A stretch of DNA of 64,000 nucleotides from an uncultured Planctomycetia bacterium (GTDB lineage: Bacteria; Planctomycetota; MHYJ01; WSZJ01): positions 31,027 to 95,026 of the forward strand of contig CAZPWT010000045.1 in the NCBI GenBank assembly GCA_964590435.1. The letters are read 5' to 3'. The notes below the pieces were generated by a model. The model did not search any database. It worked only from the letters and a program-made list of their open reading frames with translations, and was not told where the DNA came from. Below are positions 1-10,381 of the stretch, one piece after another (within the stretch, counting starts at the first letter, position 1; the number at the start of each line of letters is the position of its first letter). Both the position numbers and the translations under genes were made by a program.

Positions 1-194
1 GCCGCGAGCACGGCCTTGAGGTTTTCGAGGACGCGGCGGGTCTGGACGCCGGCGTCGCCCGCGACCATCTGGCCTGTCGCCGGGTCGAGCGGGATCTGGC
101 CCGAGGCGAAAACCCAGCCGTCCATCACGACGGCCTGCGAATACGGCCCGATCGCCGCGGGGGCGCCGGTCGTGCTCACGGTCTTGCGGTTCAT
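1..194 (-). CDS. ridA: RidA/YjgF/UK114 family enamine/imine deaminase (3' end runs off the window)
   Basis: Manual translation from ATG 194: MNRKTVSTTGAPAAIGPYSQAVMDGWVFASGQIPLDPATGQMV; AIGPYSQA and SGQIPLDP are family motifs; ATGA overlap with the aroC stop; not in ORF track. Confidence 0.9.
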   Translation of the reverse strand, partial: MNRKTVSTTGAPAAIGPYSQAVVMDGWVFASGQIPLDPATGQMVAGDAGVQTRRVLENLKAVLA

Positions 195-1270
195 TTCGTG
201 TTCTCCACGGCCGCGCGCAGCTTCGCGTCCGCCAGGACGCAGGCCACGCAGGCCTCGACGATCGGCACGGCGCGCGGGACGACGCACGGGTCGTGGCGCC
301 CCTTCGTCTCGACGACGGCCGGCTTCATCGTCGCGAGGTTGACGGTGTCCTGCTTGCGGGGAAGCGAGCTGGTCGGCTTGAACGCGACGCGGGCGACGAG
401 GGGCATCCCGGTGGAGATGCCGCCCAGGATGCCTCCGGCGTTGTTGGTGCGCGTCGTGATGTGCCCGGCGTGGTCCACGTCGAACGCGTCGTTGTGCTCG
501 GAGCCCTTCATGCGCGCCGCCCGGAAACCGGCGCCGAATTCGACGCCGCGGGAAGCGGGGATGGACATGAGGGCGCGGGCGAGGTCGGACTCGAGCCCGT
601 CGGCTCCGGGGCCACCCCACCCGGCGGGGAGTCCCTCCACGCGGACTTCGACGACGCCGCCGACGGAGTCGCCGTCGGTGCGGGCCCGGGTGATGGCGTG
701 CTCCATCAGCTCGGCCGTCTTGGCGTCCGCGCAGCGCACGGGGTTTCCCTCCGCCTTCGCGATCTGGCCGAACGCGATCTCGTGCGGCACCTCGATCCCG
801 GCGATCTCCACGACGTGCGCGGCGATTCTCACGCCGGGAAGCATCTGCCGCGCGATCGCCCCCGCGGCCACGAGCGGCGCGGTCGTCCGCGCCGAGAACG
901 GCCCGCCGCCGCGGTGGTCCCGCGCGCTCCCCCACTTGGCCCACGCCGTGAAGTCCGCGTGCCCGGGCCGCGGCAGGTCCTTCGTCGCCTCGTAGGGCCT
1001 CGAATCGACGTCCGTGTTCCGGATCAGGATCGTCAGCGGTGCGCCCGTCGCCGCGCCGTGCATCACCCCCGAGAGAAACTCCGGCTCGTCCTCTTCCTTC
1101 CGCTGCGTCGTCACCTTCGACTGCCCCGGCCGCCGCCGCGCCAGCTCATGACGCATTGCGTCAAGATCCAGTTTAAGACCCGCAGGCACGCCTTCCACCA
1201 CCGCGCCCACGCCGGGGCCGTGGCTTTCGCCGAACAAGGTCACGCGAAAAAGCGTTCCCAGCGTGCTCAA
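191..1270 (-). CDS. aroC: Chorismate synthase
   Basis: GESHG, RRRPGQS, RPGHAD, FSARTTA, KPTSS, GRHDPCV motifs. Confidence 0.97.
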   Translation of the reverse strand: MSTLGTLFRVTLFGESHGPGVGAVVEGVPAGLKLDLDAMRHELARRRPGQSKVTTQRKEEDEPEFLSGVMHGAATGAPLTILIRNTDVDSRPYEATKDLPRPGHADFTAWAKWGSARDHRGGGPFSARTTAPLVAAGAIARQMLPGVRIAAHVVEIAGIEVPHEIAFGQIAKAEGNPVRCADAKTAELMEHAITRARTDGDSVGGVVEVRVEGLPAGWGGPGADGLESDLARALMSIPASRGVEFGAGFRAARMKGSEHNDAFDVDHAGHITTRTNNAGGILGGISTGMPLVARVAFKPTSSLPRKQDTVNLATMKPAVVETKGRHDPCVVPRAVPIVEACVACVLADAKLRAAVENTK

Positions 1271-2133
1271 GGGCGCCCCTCCTCGATGAGCCGGCGAAGC
1301 GCCTTCTCGTTCCCCTTGCGGAGGAGCACGGCGACCTTCGACAGGCTGCGCGCCATTCTGTCGGCTTCGCGGGCAATGTTGAAGCGGTTCGTGAGAAGAA
1401 TATCCAGGCCCATGGCCGGGGGCTGGGCAGCGACGCGCGTGGCGGAGCGGAAGGAGCCGCCGACCAGGCCGTCCCTGGTGGCCATGCCTTGGACAAGGAG
1501 CAGGGCAAGCACGTAGGGAAGGTGGGAAGTGAACGCGACGAGCCGGTCGTGCTTTTCCGGGGAGAGCGGACAGGGCGACGCCCCGAGCGCGTAGACGAGA
1601 TTAACCACGCTCAAGAGGTCTTTCATTCGCCGCGACCCGAGGACCCAGTTCGTCAACCTCGATCCGGTGAACAGGTTCGGGTCCGCCCCGTCGATCCCCG
1701 CGCGCTCCGTGCCGGCCATGGGATGCCCGGGAACGAATCGTTTTGCGCCGCGGTACGCGGCCGCGATCTCGCGCTTCGTCGAGCCCACGTCCGTGATGAT
1801 CGCGTCGGGTTTTGCCCACCGCAGGACCTGCGGCGCCATCCGGATGATCTGCCGCGCCGGGGCCGCGAGGATCACCAGTCCGGCCTCGCCGATGGACTTC
1901 ATCGTGCCCGTCTCGTGGCAGGCCTTTCGGGCCAGGGCCCGGCGCAGCGTTTTCAGGTCCGTGTCGATCCCGATGACGCGCGGGGACAGGCGCCGCTTGA
2001 TCAACGCCATCCCGATCGAGCCGCCGATCTGCCCGAGGCCGACGATCGCCACCGTGACGCGGCCCATGTCCGCGCGCCAGCGCGCGGCCCATTCGCGCCA
2101 AGGGACCTGCCAGGGCGGCTTCTCGCGCTTCAT
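1267..2133 (-). CDS. tyrA: Prephenate/arogenate dehydrogenase (start 2133 via ATGA overlap, alternative Met at 2067)
   Basis: Rossmann GLGQIGGS, DVGSTK, GHPMAGTE, HD..VAFTSHLP motifs. Confidence 0.9.
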   Translation of the reverse strand: MKREKPPWQVPWREWAARWRADMGRVTVAIVGLGQIGGSIGMALIKRRLSPRVIGIDTDLKTLRRALARKACHETGTMKSIGEAGLVILAAPARQIIRMAPQVLRWAKPDAIITDVGSTKREIAAAYRGAKRFVPGHPMAGTERAGIDGADPNLFTGSRLTNWVLGSRRMKDLLSVVNLVYALGASPCPLSPEKHDRLVAFTSHLPYVLALLLVQGMATRDGLVGGSFRSATRVAAQPPAMGLDILLTNRFNIAREADRMARSLSKVAVLLRKGNEKALRRLIEEGRP

Positions 2134-2513
2134 TTCACGTACGTCATCTCGCCGCCGCCCCAGGACCAGTTCTCCTTCGGGATCTCGACCAGGCTGATCA
2201 CGAGGTCTTCTCTCTTCACCCCCGCTTCCTTCTCCAGCAGCTCCGCCATCTTTGCGTACAGCGCCCGTTTCAGTTCGATCGAGCGCCCCGCGTTCATCGT
2301 CACCTGGATCACCACGATCCCGTCGGACTTCGGCATCCCCATGTACGACGGCGGATGCACCAGCGTTCCTGCCGCGTGCTCCGTGATCAGGTGGAACTTC
2401 CCCTCCGCCGGCGCGTTCACCGCTTCGACCAAGGCCTTGTGCACGGCGTCGCTGATCGCTTTCGCGACCGCCGGCGACCGCCCGGCCGCCATCGAGATCC
2501 TCACGAGCGGCAT
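2130..2513 (-). CDS. 4-oxalocrotonate tautomerase-family protein
   Basis: Catalytic-type N-terminal Pro (MPLVRI), GRS..K..LY and ENWSWGGG motifs. Confidence 0.85.
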   Translation of the reverse strand: MPLVRISMAAGRSPAVAKAISDAVHKALVEAVNAPAEGKFHLITEHAAGTLVHPPSYMGMPKSDGIVVIQVTMNAGRSIELKRALYAKMAELLEKEAGVKREDLVISLVEIPKENWSWGGGEMTYVK

Positions 2514-2529
2514 CCTGCTTCTCCCAATG

Positions 2530-2561
2530 AAAACGGGGAGGCCGGCGAACCGGCCTCCCCG
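2530..2561 (-). terminator. Probable intrinsic terminator after the selenoprotein gene
   Basis: Perfect 12-bp stem CGGGGAGGCCGG-UUCG-CCGGCCUCCCCG followed by UUUU on the minus strand; U-tract is short. Confidence 0.6.
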
Positions 2562-2579
2562 GACCGAATTGCGCTTCCT

Positions 2580-3584
2580 CTACTTCTTGTCCCCGCCGCC
2601 CTTCAGCTTGTCCAGCGTCGCGTGGTGCTCGTCGAAGAACTTCTTCGCGTTCGGGTTGTCGCCGAACTTGTCCTCCATCACCTTCAGCGCCGCCTCGTAC
2701 TTCGCCGCGTCGTTCCCTTCCTCGGCCGCTTCCATGATGAAGATGTAGAACGGCTGGAAGTAGTCGCTTTCCTCGCCCGGCTCGTGGCCGGCCTTCTGCA
2801 TGTCGAGGAACTTCTTCCCCGCCGCCGCCTGGGCCTTCTTGATCTTCGCCTTGTCGTCCGGGCCCAGCCCGTTCACGTCCTTCCCGAACTGCATCATCAC
2901 GTCCTTCATCTCCAGGTCGACGATCAGCCCGGAGAGCTTCGTCTTCTCGTCGTCCGTCAGGTCCTTCATTTTCTCGAGCGCCGCCTTCGCGTCGGCCGCC
3001 TTCAGGTTGCCGAGCTCGGCATCCTTGAAGAGCACTTCCTTGGCCGCCGCCGCGTCGCCGCCGGCTGCCTTGGCGCGGAGGTCTGCGTAGGACTGGGCGG
3101 TCCCGAGCGTTTCGCCGAAGCCCTCGGCGGAGCGCTGGCCCTCGTGCTTGGCGAGGACGTTGCCGTCCGAGTCCATCACGATCAGGTAGGGGAAGCCGCC
3201 GCCGCCCTTTTCACCGAGCAGCTCCTGGTCGGCGTCGCCGTCGACGTGCGAGGTCACGTTCAGGTACAGCACGACTTTCCCCGCAAAATCACCGAACTCG
3301 TCCTTGGAGAGCGTACCGCTCTCGAGCGATTTGCAGGGGGGTCAGGGCGAATACGAGCGGGAGAAGTACGCGAAGATCAGCTTCTTGTCCTTCTTGGCCT
3401 GCTCCTTCGCCTTGGCGTAGTCGGTCACCCAGGGGAACTTGCTGACCCACGGTTCGGCAAGCTTGTCGGCGCGCTGCTTCTTGAGCTGGTCCTGCGACGG
3501 CGGGCCCGCGAGGGCGATCGTCGGCGCGAGGAAGAGCGCAAGCGCGGCGAGAGGAAGGCATCTCACGCTCACGGTCGTCTCCAT
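2580..3584 (-). CDS. Exported thioredoxin-fold selenoprotein (UPPC motif) with helical C-terminal domain; start uncertain (ATG 3584 or GTG 3566)
   Basis: ORFs 3342..3653 and 2580..3272 are in frame and separated only by TGA at 3342-3344; read-through gives FAYFSRSYSP-U-PPCKSLESGTLSKDEFGDFAGKVVLYLNVTSHVDG...GFPYL (Trx fold with cis-Pro motif); signal peptide present. Confidence 0.88.
3307..3323 (-). promoter_or_regulatory. Bacterial SECIS-like hairpin
   Basis: GAGAGC-GGUAC-GCUCUC; apical loop starts with G, 24 nt 3' of the UGA. Confidence 0.75.
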
Positions 3585-3683
3585 CGTTGGGGAGGGTTCC
3601 GGCGAAGGCGGGAGCGTCGGGGCTCCCTGGCGGCCTGCATCGGAAGGTGCCACTGTAAACGCAAGACACGCATCGGATAATCC

Positions 3684-4733
3684 CTAAATGCTCCTCCCGA
3701 TGCACCGCGCGATCGCGGAGACTTCCTTCATGAGGACGTCGAACTGGTCGGGGTGAAGGGACTGCGCGCCGTCGCACTTGGCGACCTCGGGGCGCGGGTG
3801 AACCTCGATGATGAGCCCGTCGGCGCCGGCGGCGATCGCCGCCTTGGCGAGCGGGCCGACGAGGTCGCGGTCCCCGGCCGCGTGCGAGGGATCGCAGACG
3901 ATCGGCAGGTGCGAGAGTTTCTTCACGACCGGCACGGCGCTGACGTCGTAGGTGTTGCGCGTGTACTTCTCGAACGTCCGGATGCCGCGCTCGCAGAGGA
4001 TGACGTTGTAGTTGCCCTTGGAGAGGATGTACTCGGCGGACAGCAGCAGTTCCTCGAGCGTCGACATCATCCCGCGCTTGAGGAGCACCGGCTTGCCGGC
4101 CTTGCCGACTTCCTCGAGCAGGTTGAAGTTCTGCATGTTGCGCGCGCCGATCTGCAGGATGTCGGCGTACTCCATCACGGCCGGGATGTCCTGGACCGAC
4201 AGCACTTCCGTCACGACCGCCATGTCGTTCTCGTCGGCCGCCTCGCGCAGGATCTCGAGCCCCGGCTTTCCAAGCCCCTGGAACGCGTACGGGCTCGTCC
4301 GCGGCTTGAACGCCCCGCCGCGCAGGATCGTCGCGCCGGCCGCCTTCACCCGCTTCGCCGCCTCCCGCACCTGCGCCCGGTCCTCGACCGCGCACGGCCC
4401 GGCCATCACCGTCACCTGCCGCCCGCCGATCCGCCGCCCGCGGACCTCGACGACCGTGTCCTCCTGCTTGAACTCGCGCGACGCCAGCTTGTACGGCTTC
4501 AGGATCGGGATCACCCGCTCCACGCCCGACAGCGACTCGAACGCCGCCGAGTCCACCTTGCGGTCGCTTCCGATGATCCCGATCACCGTCCGTTCCTCGC
4601 CGCTCGAGATGTGCGGCTTGAACCCCAACGACTCGATCTGCTGCAGCACGGCGCCCGTCTCGCGGGCGCTGGCGCTCGACTTCATCACGACGATCATGGC
4701 GGTATCGCTTTCGGACTTCGGGGGAGGGCTCAT
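3684..4733 (-). CDS. aroF: DAHP synthase type I-beta with N-terminal regulatory (ACT-like) domain; alternative start ATG 4697
   Basis: AGPCAVE, RGGAFKPRTSPYAFQGLG, IGARNMQNF, LKRG, ERGIRTFE, DPSHAAG motifs. Confidence 0.95.
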   Translation of the reverse strand: MSPPPKSESDTAMIVVMKSSASARETGAVLQQIESLGFKPHISSGEERTVIGIIGSDRKVDSAAFESLSGVERVIPILKPYKLASREFKQEDTVVEVRGRRIGGRQVTVMAGPCAVEDRAQVREAAKRVKAAGATILRGGAFKPRTSPYAFQGLGKPGLEILREAADENDMAVVTEVLSVQDIPAVMEYADILQIGARNMQNFNLLEEVGKAGKPVLLKRGMMSTLEELLLSAEYILSKGNYNVILCERGIRTFEKYTRNTYDVSAVPVVKKLSHLPIVCDPSHAAGDRDLVGPLAKAAIAAGADGLIIEVHPRPEVAKCDGAQSLHPDQFDVLMKEVSAIARCIGRSI

Positions 4734-4938
4734 GGGTCACCTGTAAGGGGAAGGGTTTTTCCGGCGCCGTCCCGCGGCCGCGGCGTCAGGACGCGCCGGG
4801 CCGGACTCGCGGGGGCGGGGCCGGGGGGATATCGAAGCGCATTGTGGCGTGCGGTGCGGGACCGCGTCTTGTGCAGAGTGCCGCGGATTCCCGGTTCGAT
4901 CCTGCCGAACGATTCGAACACGCTGTTCGGCGCGGCCT

Positions 4939-5042
4939 GGCAGTCGGGAGATGGGAGACGGGAGACGGGAGTTTCGTTCGACGCGGCCGCAACCCGCACG
5001 ATGGCGTGACTCCTGACTCCCGTCTCCCGACTCCCGTCGCCG
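4939..5042. repeat. Inverted pair of heptamer tandem arrays (GGGAGAC-type)
   Basis: GGCAGTC GGGAGAT GGGAGAC GGGAGAC GGGAGTT, 34-nt spacer, then GACTCCT GACTCCC GTCTCCC GACTCCC GTCGCCG. Confidence 0.8.
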
Positions 5043-5085
5043 TCCGGCCGATTGAGGCCGGTCACCGGGAATGCGCCCTGAGACC

Positions 5086-5457
5086 TCATGCCCGGCCTCC
5101 CGACGCGAGGTCCGGCCGCAGCTCCGCCGCGCGGCCGAGGTACGCATGCCGGATCTCCGCGGCCCCGAGGTCCGTCTCCACGAGGATCATGATGCGCACG
5201 ATCCGCGGCAGCGCCCCGTCCACGTCCAGCTCCGGCGAGCACATCAGCGGCACGCGCGTCCAGCCGATCTCGCGCGCCGCCGTCGCGGGGAACGCCGCCG
5301 TGAGGTCCGTCGTCGCGGTGAACAGGATCATCGAGATCCGGTCCGGCTCGATCGCGTTCGCCTTCGCCATGACTTGCAGCAGCTCCCGCGTCGCGCCGAG
5401 GATCGCCTCGCGCGTGTTCTCCTCCACGCCCGTCGCCCCCCTAACGCCTCGCAGCAT
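5086..5457 (-). CDS. aroH: Chorismate mutase, AroH class
   Basis: RGVRGAT, FTATTDLTAAFPA, VPLMC..E..V.G.LPR.VR, YLGRA..LRPDL motifs. Confidence 0.95.
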   Translation of the reverse strand: MLRGVRGATGVEENTREAILGATRELLQVMAKANAIEPDRISMILFTATTDLTAAFPATAAREIGWTRVPLMCSPELDVDGALPRIVRIMILVETDLGAAEIRHAYLGRAAELRPDLASGGRA

Positions 5458-6215
5458 CGAGCGACCTCCTCATCGTCTCCAGGAACCGCCGCACCTCGCC
5501 CGGCGCCCGCTTCTTCCCGGCCCCCCGGATCACCTTCACCAGCGCGCTTCCCACGATCACCCCGTCGGCGAACCGCCCGACCGCGGCCGCGTGCTGCGGG
5601 GTCGCGATCCCGAACCCGACGCAGACCGGCCGCGGCGTCGCGCGCCTCACCCGCTTCACGAACGCCTCCAGCCCCGGCGGCAGGTCCTTGCGCGCGCCCG
5701 TGACGCCCGCGACCGACACGAGGTACACGAACCCGCCGCGGCCCCGGACGAGCGTCTTCATCCGCGCCGGCGTCGTCGTCGGTGCCACCATCGGGATGAG
5801 GTCGAGCGGAGAAGCGCCCTTCAGGTGGAGCTTCGCCGCTTCCGGGGTGAGATCCGGGATGATCGCCCCCGCGAACCCCGCGGCGGCGGCACGGCGCAGG
5901 AAGGCATTTGCGCCGGGCGCGAGCACGACGTTCGCGTAGGTCATCAGCACCTTCACAGGCCCCCGGAGATCGCGGCTCCACGCCAACGCCTTCTCCGGCG
6001 TCGCACCGGCGACGAGCGCCTCGTGCGAAGCGTGCTGGATCGCCGGACCGTCGGCGATCGGGTCGCTGAAGGGGATGCCGATCTCGACGAGGTCGGCGCC
6101 GGCGTCCGCCGCGGCCTGCAGGAGGGAGCGAAACGTCGCGGTATCCGGGAAGCCGGCGCAGAGGTATGGCATGAGCGCGGGGCGGTTCGCGGCGCGCAGG
6201 GAGCGGAAGCGCTGA

Positions 6216-6229
<14 letters not shown>
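5441..6229 (-). CDS. trpA: Tryptophan synthase alpha subunit
   Basis: [40 protein letters not shown] motifs. Confidence 0.97.
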
Positions 6230-7387
<1,158 letters not shown>

Positions 7388-7391
<4 letters not shown>

Positions 7392-7981
7392 CGGCGGGCC
7401 TCCTCGACGAAGCGGCGGATGAGGGCGTGGTCCTTCTTCCCGGGGCGGACTTCGACGCCGCTGGCGACGTCGACGGCGAAGGGCCGCGCGACGCGGACCG
7501 CCTCGCGGACGTTCGACGGTTTCAGGCCCCCCGCGAGGATCACGCGGGCGAACTTCGCGGCGCGCCGCGCGATCGTCCAGTCGAACGTGCGCCCCGAGCC
7601 GCCGCCGGTATCGAGGTGCACGAGGTCCGCGCCCCAGCGGCGGACCTCGTCGACGACCGACGCGTCGGCGACCTTGAACACTTTCACCGACGGGAACGGG
7701 ATCGCGCGCGCATCCGCCTTCGACTCTTCGCCGTGCAGCTGCACGTACGTCAACCCCGCCGCGCGGGCCGTCAGCGCGATGTCGGACGGAAGGGCGTTCG
7801 CGAAGACGCCGACCTTGTGCAGGAAAGCCGGGAGTTTCCGCACGATGCGGCGGACGGCGTCCACCGTCATGCGCCGCGGCGACTCGGCGAACACGAACCC
7901 GACCGCGTCGGTGCCCGCGTCAGCCGCGGCGACCGCGTCGCGCAGGTTCGTGAGCCCGCAGATTTTCACGCGCACGCTCAC
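7388..7981 (-). CDS. trpF: Phosphoribosylanthranilate isomerase
   Basis: [34 protein letters not shown] motifs. Confidence 0.96.
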
Positions 7982-8745
7982 AGCAGTTTCAGCTCCCGGA
8001 TTCGGCCGCGCGGGTCGGCCTGTTTGACGACCTCCTCGCCGACGAGAAGCGCCCGCGCCCCCGCCGCCTTCGCCTTCATCGCGTCTTCCCGAGACTTGAG
8101 CCCGCTCTCCGCCACGCGGATCGCCGCGCGCACCTTCGGCAGCACGCGCTCCATCATCGTCAGGTCCATCGCCAGCGTCTGGAGGTTCCGGTTGTTCACG
8201 CCGACGATCTCCGCATCGCCGACGAATTTCAGTTCCGCCTCCTCGTGCACCTCGACCAGCGCCGCCAATCCCGCATCGCGCGCAACCGCCCGCAGCTCCG
8301 CCGTCCGCTTCCCCAGCGCCGCCACGATCAGCAGCACGGCGTCCGCGCCCGCCGCGCGCGCCTCCCAGACTTGGTACTCGTCCACGACGAAGTCCTTGCG
8401 GATCACCGGCAACGTGCAGGCCGCCCGCGCCGCGCGCAGGTCGTCGAGGGATCCCTTGAAGAAGTCGCGCTCCGTCAGCACCGACAGGCAGTCTGCGCCG
8501 GCCGCCGCGTAGCTTCGTGCGCGTTCCGCCGGGTCGAGGTTCACCGCAATGTCGCCTTTCGACGGCGTCGCCCGCTTGATCTCCGCGATCAGCCCGAGCC
8601 CCTTCGCCGACGCCAGCGCCCCGCGGAAATCGCGCGCCGGGGGCTGGTCCTTCGCCCGCGCCTTCACGTCGCGCAGCGGCGCCGCCGCGCTCTCCTCCGC
8701 GAGCCGCTTCCGCCTCTGCGCCAGGATCCGCTCTAGCATGCGCAC
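7978..8745 (-). CDS. trpC: Indole-3-glycerol phosphate synthase
   Basis: IAEIKRATPSKG, SVLTE..FFKGS, RKDFVVD, VEVH, GVNNRNL, AESG motifs. Confidence 0.96.
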   Translation of the reverse strand: MRMLERILAQRRKRLAEESAAAPLRDVKARAKDQPPARDFRGALASAKGLGLIAEIKRATPSKGDIAVNLDPAERARSYAAAGADCLSVLTERDFFKGSLDDLRAARAACTLPVIRKDFVVDEYQVWEARAAGADAVLLIVAALGKRTAELRAVARDAGLAALVEVHEEAELKFVGDAEIVGVNNRNLQTLAMDLTMMERVLPKVRAAIRVAESGLKSREDAMKAKAAGARALLVGEEVVKQADPRGRIRELKLL

Positions 8746-9737
8746 GCCTCCTTCAGCGCGTTCGTGGCAAATCCGGATTTCACGGACTCGCGGGCGCGCT
8801 CCAGGCCTTCGCAGGGAGAAGCGGCTTTGCCGGTCGTCCAGATCGCGAGGGCGGCGTTGAGGAGGATGGCGTCGGCGACGGGGCTGGGCTCGCCGCCCAG
8901 GGCGCGCCGGATGGCCGCGGCGTTCGCGGCGGCGTCGCCGCCCGCGAGCGCGGCGTTCGGGACGGCCGCGAGACCGAGCCCGCGCGGGTCGAGCTCGTCG
9001 CGGCGGACGCCGCCCCCCTCGACGACGGCGACGCGCGCCGGGCCTTCGAGCGTCGCCTCGTCGGCGCCCCCCGCTCCGTGGACGACGACCGCGCGCTTCA
9101 CGCCGAGCGAAGCGAAGGCGTTTGCGACGAGGTCCACGAACCGCTCCTCCGGGACGCCGACGAGCTGGAACGGCGGGAGGGCCGGGTTGGCGAGCGGGCC
9201 GATGAGGTTGAAGATGGTGCGGACGCCGAGCTCCCTGCGGACCGGCGCGGCGTGCTTCATCGCCGGGTGGAACGCCGGGGCGAACATGAAACCGAAGTTT
9301 TTATTTCGAATGGACGCCGACACGTCCGCGGCGGGTCGCTCGACCGGCACGCCCAGCGCGGCCAGCACGTCCGCGCTGCCGACTCTTCCCGAAGCCGACC
9401 GGTTCCCGTGCTTCGCCACCGGCACGCCCGCGCCGGCGACGACGAACGCGGCCGCGGTCGAGATGTTGACCATCGCCAGCCCGTCGCCGCCGGTGCCGCA
9501 GGTGTCGATGGCGGGCGTGGCGCCAATGTCGACGCGCACGGCGTTTTCGCGCACGGCCTCGACCGCCCCGGCCAGCTCTTCCCCCGTCTCCCCCTTCGCA
9601 CGCAGCCCCATCAACAGCGCCCCCAGTTGCGCGGGACTCACCTCACCGCGCAGGACGCGCAGAAACACCGCTCGCGCTTCGTCTCGCGTGAGACTCTCGC
9701 GTTTCGCCAGTTTTTCGAGCGCGTTCTGGAGGGTCAT
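8733..9737 (-). CDS. trpD: Anthranilate phosphoribosyltransferase
   Basis: [39 protein letters not shown] motifs. Confidence 0.97.
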   Translation of the reverse strand: MTLQNALEKLAKRESLTRDEARAVFLRVLRGEVSPAQLGALLMGLRAKGETGEELAGAVEAVRENAVRVDIGATPAIDTCGTGGDGLAMVNISTAAAFVVAGAGVPVAKHGNRSASGRVGSADVLAALGVPVERPAADVSASIRNKNFGFMFAPAFHPAMKHAAPVRRELGVRTIFNLIGPLANPALPPFQLVGVPEERFVDLVANAFASLGVKRAVVVHGAGGADEATLEGPARVAVVEGGGVRRDELDPRGLGLAAVPNAALAGGDAAANAAAIRRALGGEPSPVADAILLNAALAIWTTGKAASPCEGLERARESVKSGFATNALKEACAC

Positions 9738-10312
9738 GTGTTCGGGGGCCGTTGTTCGAGAAAGTTTCGCAGGATCGTCTTGCCCGGGACGGTCAGGATG
9801 GATTCCGGGTGGAACTGCACGCCTTCGAGCGGGAATGCCTTGTGACGAAGGCCCATGATTTCCCCCTCGGCGGTGTGCGCCACCACTTTGAGCGTCGGCG
9901 GGAGCGTTTCCTCCCGGACGACGAGGGAGTGGTAGCGCGTGGCCGGGAACGGGTTTGGCACCCCCTTGTAGAGCCCCTTGTTGTCGTGATAGACGAGCGA
10001 GACTTTCCCGTGCATCTGCCGCTCCGCGCGGTTCACGACGCCCCCGAACACCTCGCCGATCGCCTGGTGGCCGAGGCAGACCCCGAGCACCGGGATTTTC
10101 CCCGAGAAGTGCCCGATGAACTCCTTCGACACGCCGGCCTCCGCCGGGTTTCCCGGCCCCGGGCTGATCACGAGGTGCGAAGGGTTCATCGCCTTCGCCT
10201 GTTCGAGCGTGATCTCGTCATTCCGCCGGACGACAACCTCAGCGCCGAGTTCCCCGAAATACTGCACCAGGTTGAACGTGAAGCTGTCGTAGTTATCGAT
10301 GAGGAGCAGCAT
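9734..10312 (-). CDS. trpG: Anthranilate synthase component II (glutamine amidotransferase)
   Basis: [32 protein letters not shown] motifs. Confidence 0.96.
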   Translation of the reverse strand: MLLLIDNYDSFTFNLVQYFGELGAEVVVRRNDEITLEQAKAMNPSHLVISPGPGNPAEAGVSKEFIGHFSGKIPVLGVCLGHQAIGEVFGGVVNRAERQMHGKVSLVYHDNKGLYKGVPNPFPATRYHSLVVREETLPPTLKVVAHTAEGEIMGLRHKAFPLEGVQFHPESILTVPGKTILRNFLEQRPPNT

Positions 10313-10326
10313 GTGTTCTCTCTGTC

Positions 10327-10361
10327 TTTTTATTTTTCGTTTTTACTTTTTAGTTTTTCGT
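10327..10361. repeat. T-rich degenerate heptamer array between trpE and trpG
   Basis: TTTTTAT TTTTCGT TTTTACT TTTTAGT TTTTCGT. Confidence 0.65.
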
Positions 10362-10381
10362 TTCCTGGCCGTTCTTCTTCC

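Noticed and set aside
3342-3653. Stand-alone 103-aa ORF and separate 230-aa ORF (2580..3272)
   Set aside because: Better explained as one UGA-recoded gene; the tracked GTG 3653 overlaps a TACAGT -10-like box
4880-4910. GGTTCGATCC resembling a tRNA T-loop
   Set aside because: No full T-stem, acceptor stem or anticodon arm could be built
4915-4929. CGAAC-N5-GTTCG palindrome resembling a Gram-positive LexA box
   Set aside because: Spacer is 5 nt rather than 4, and the downstream gene is not SOS-related
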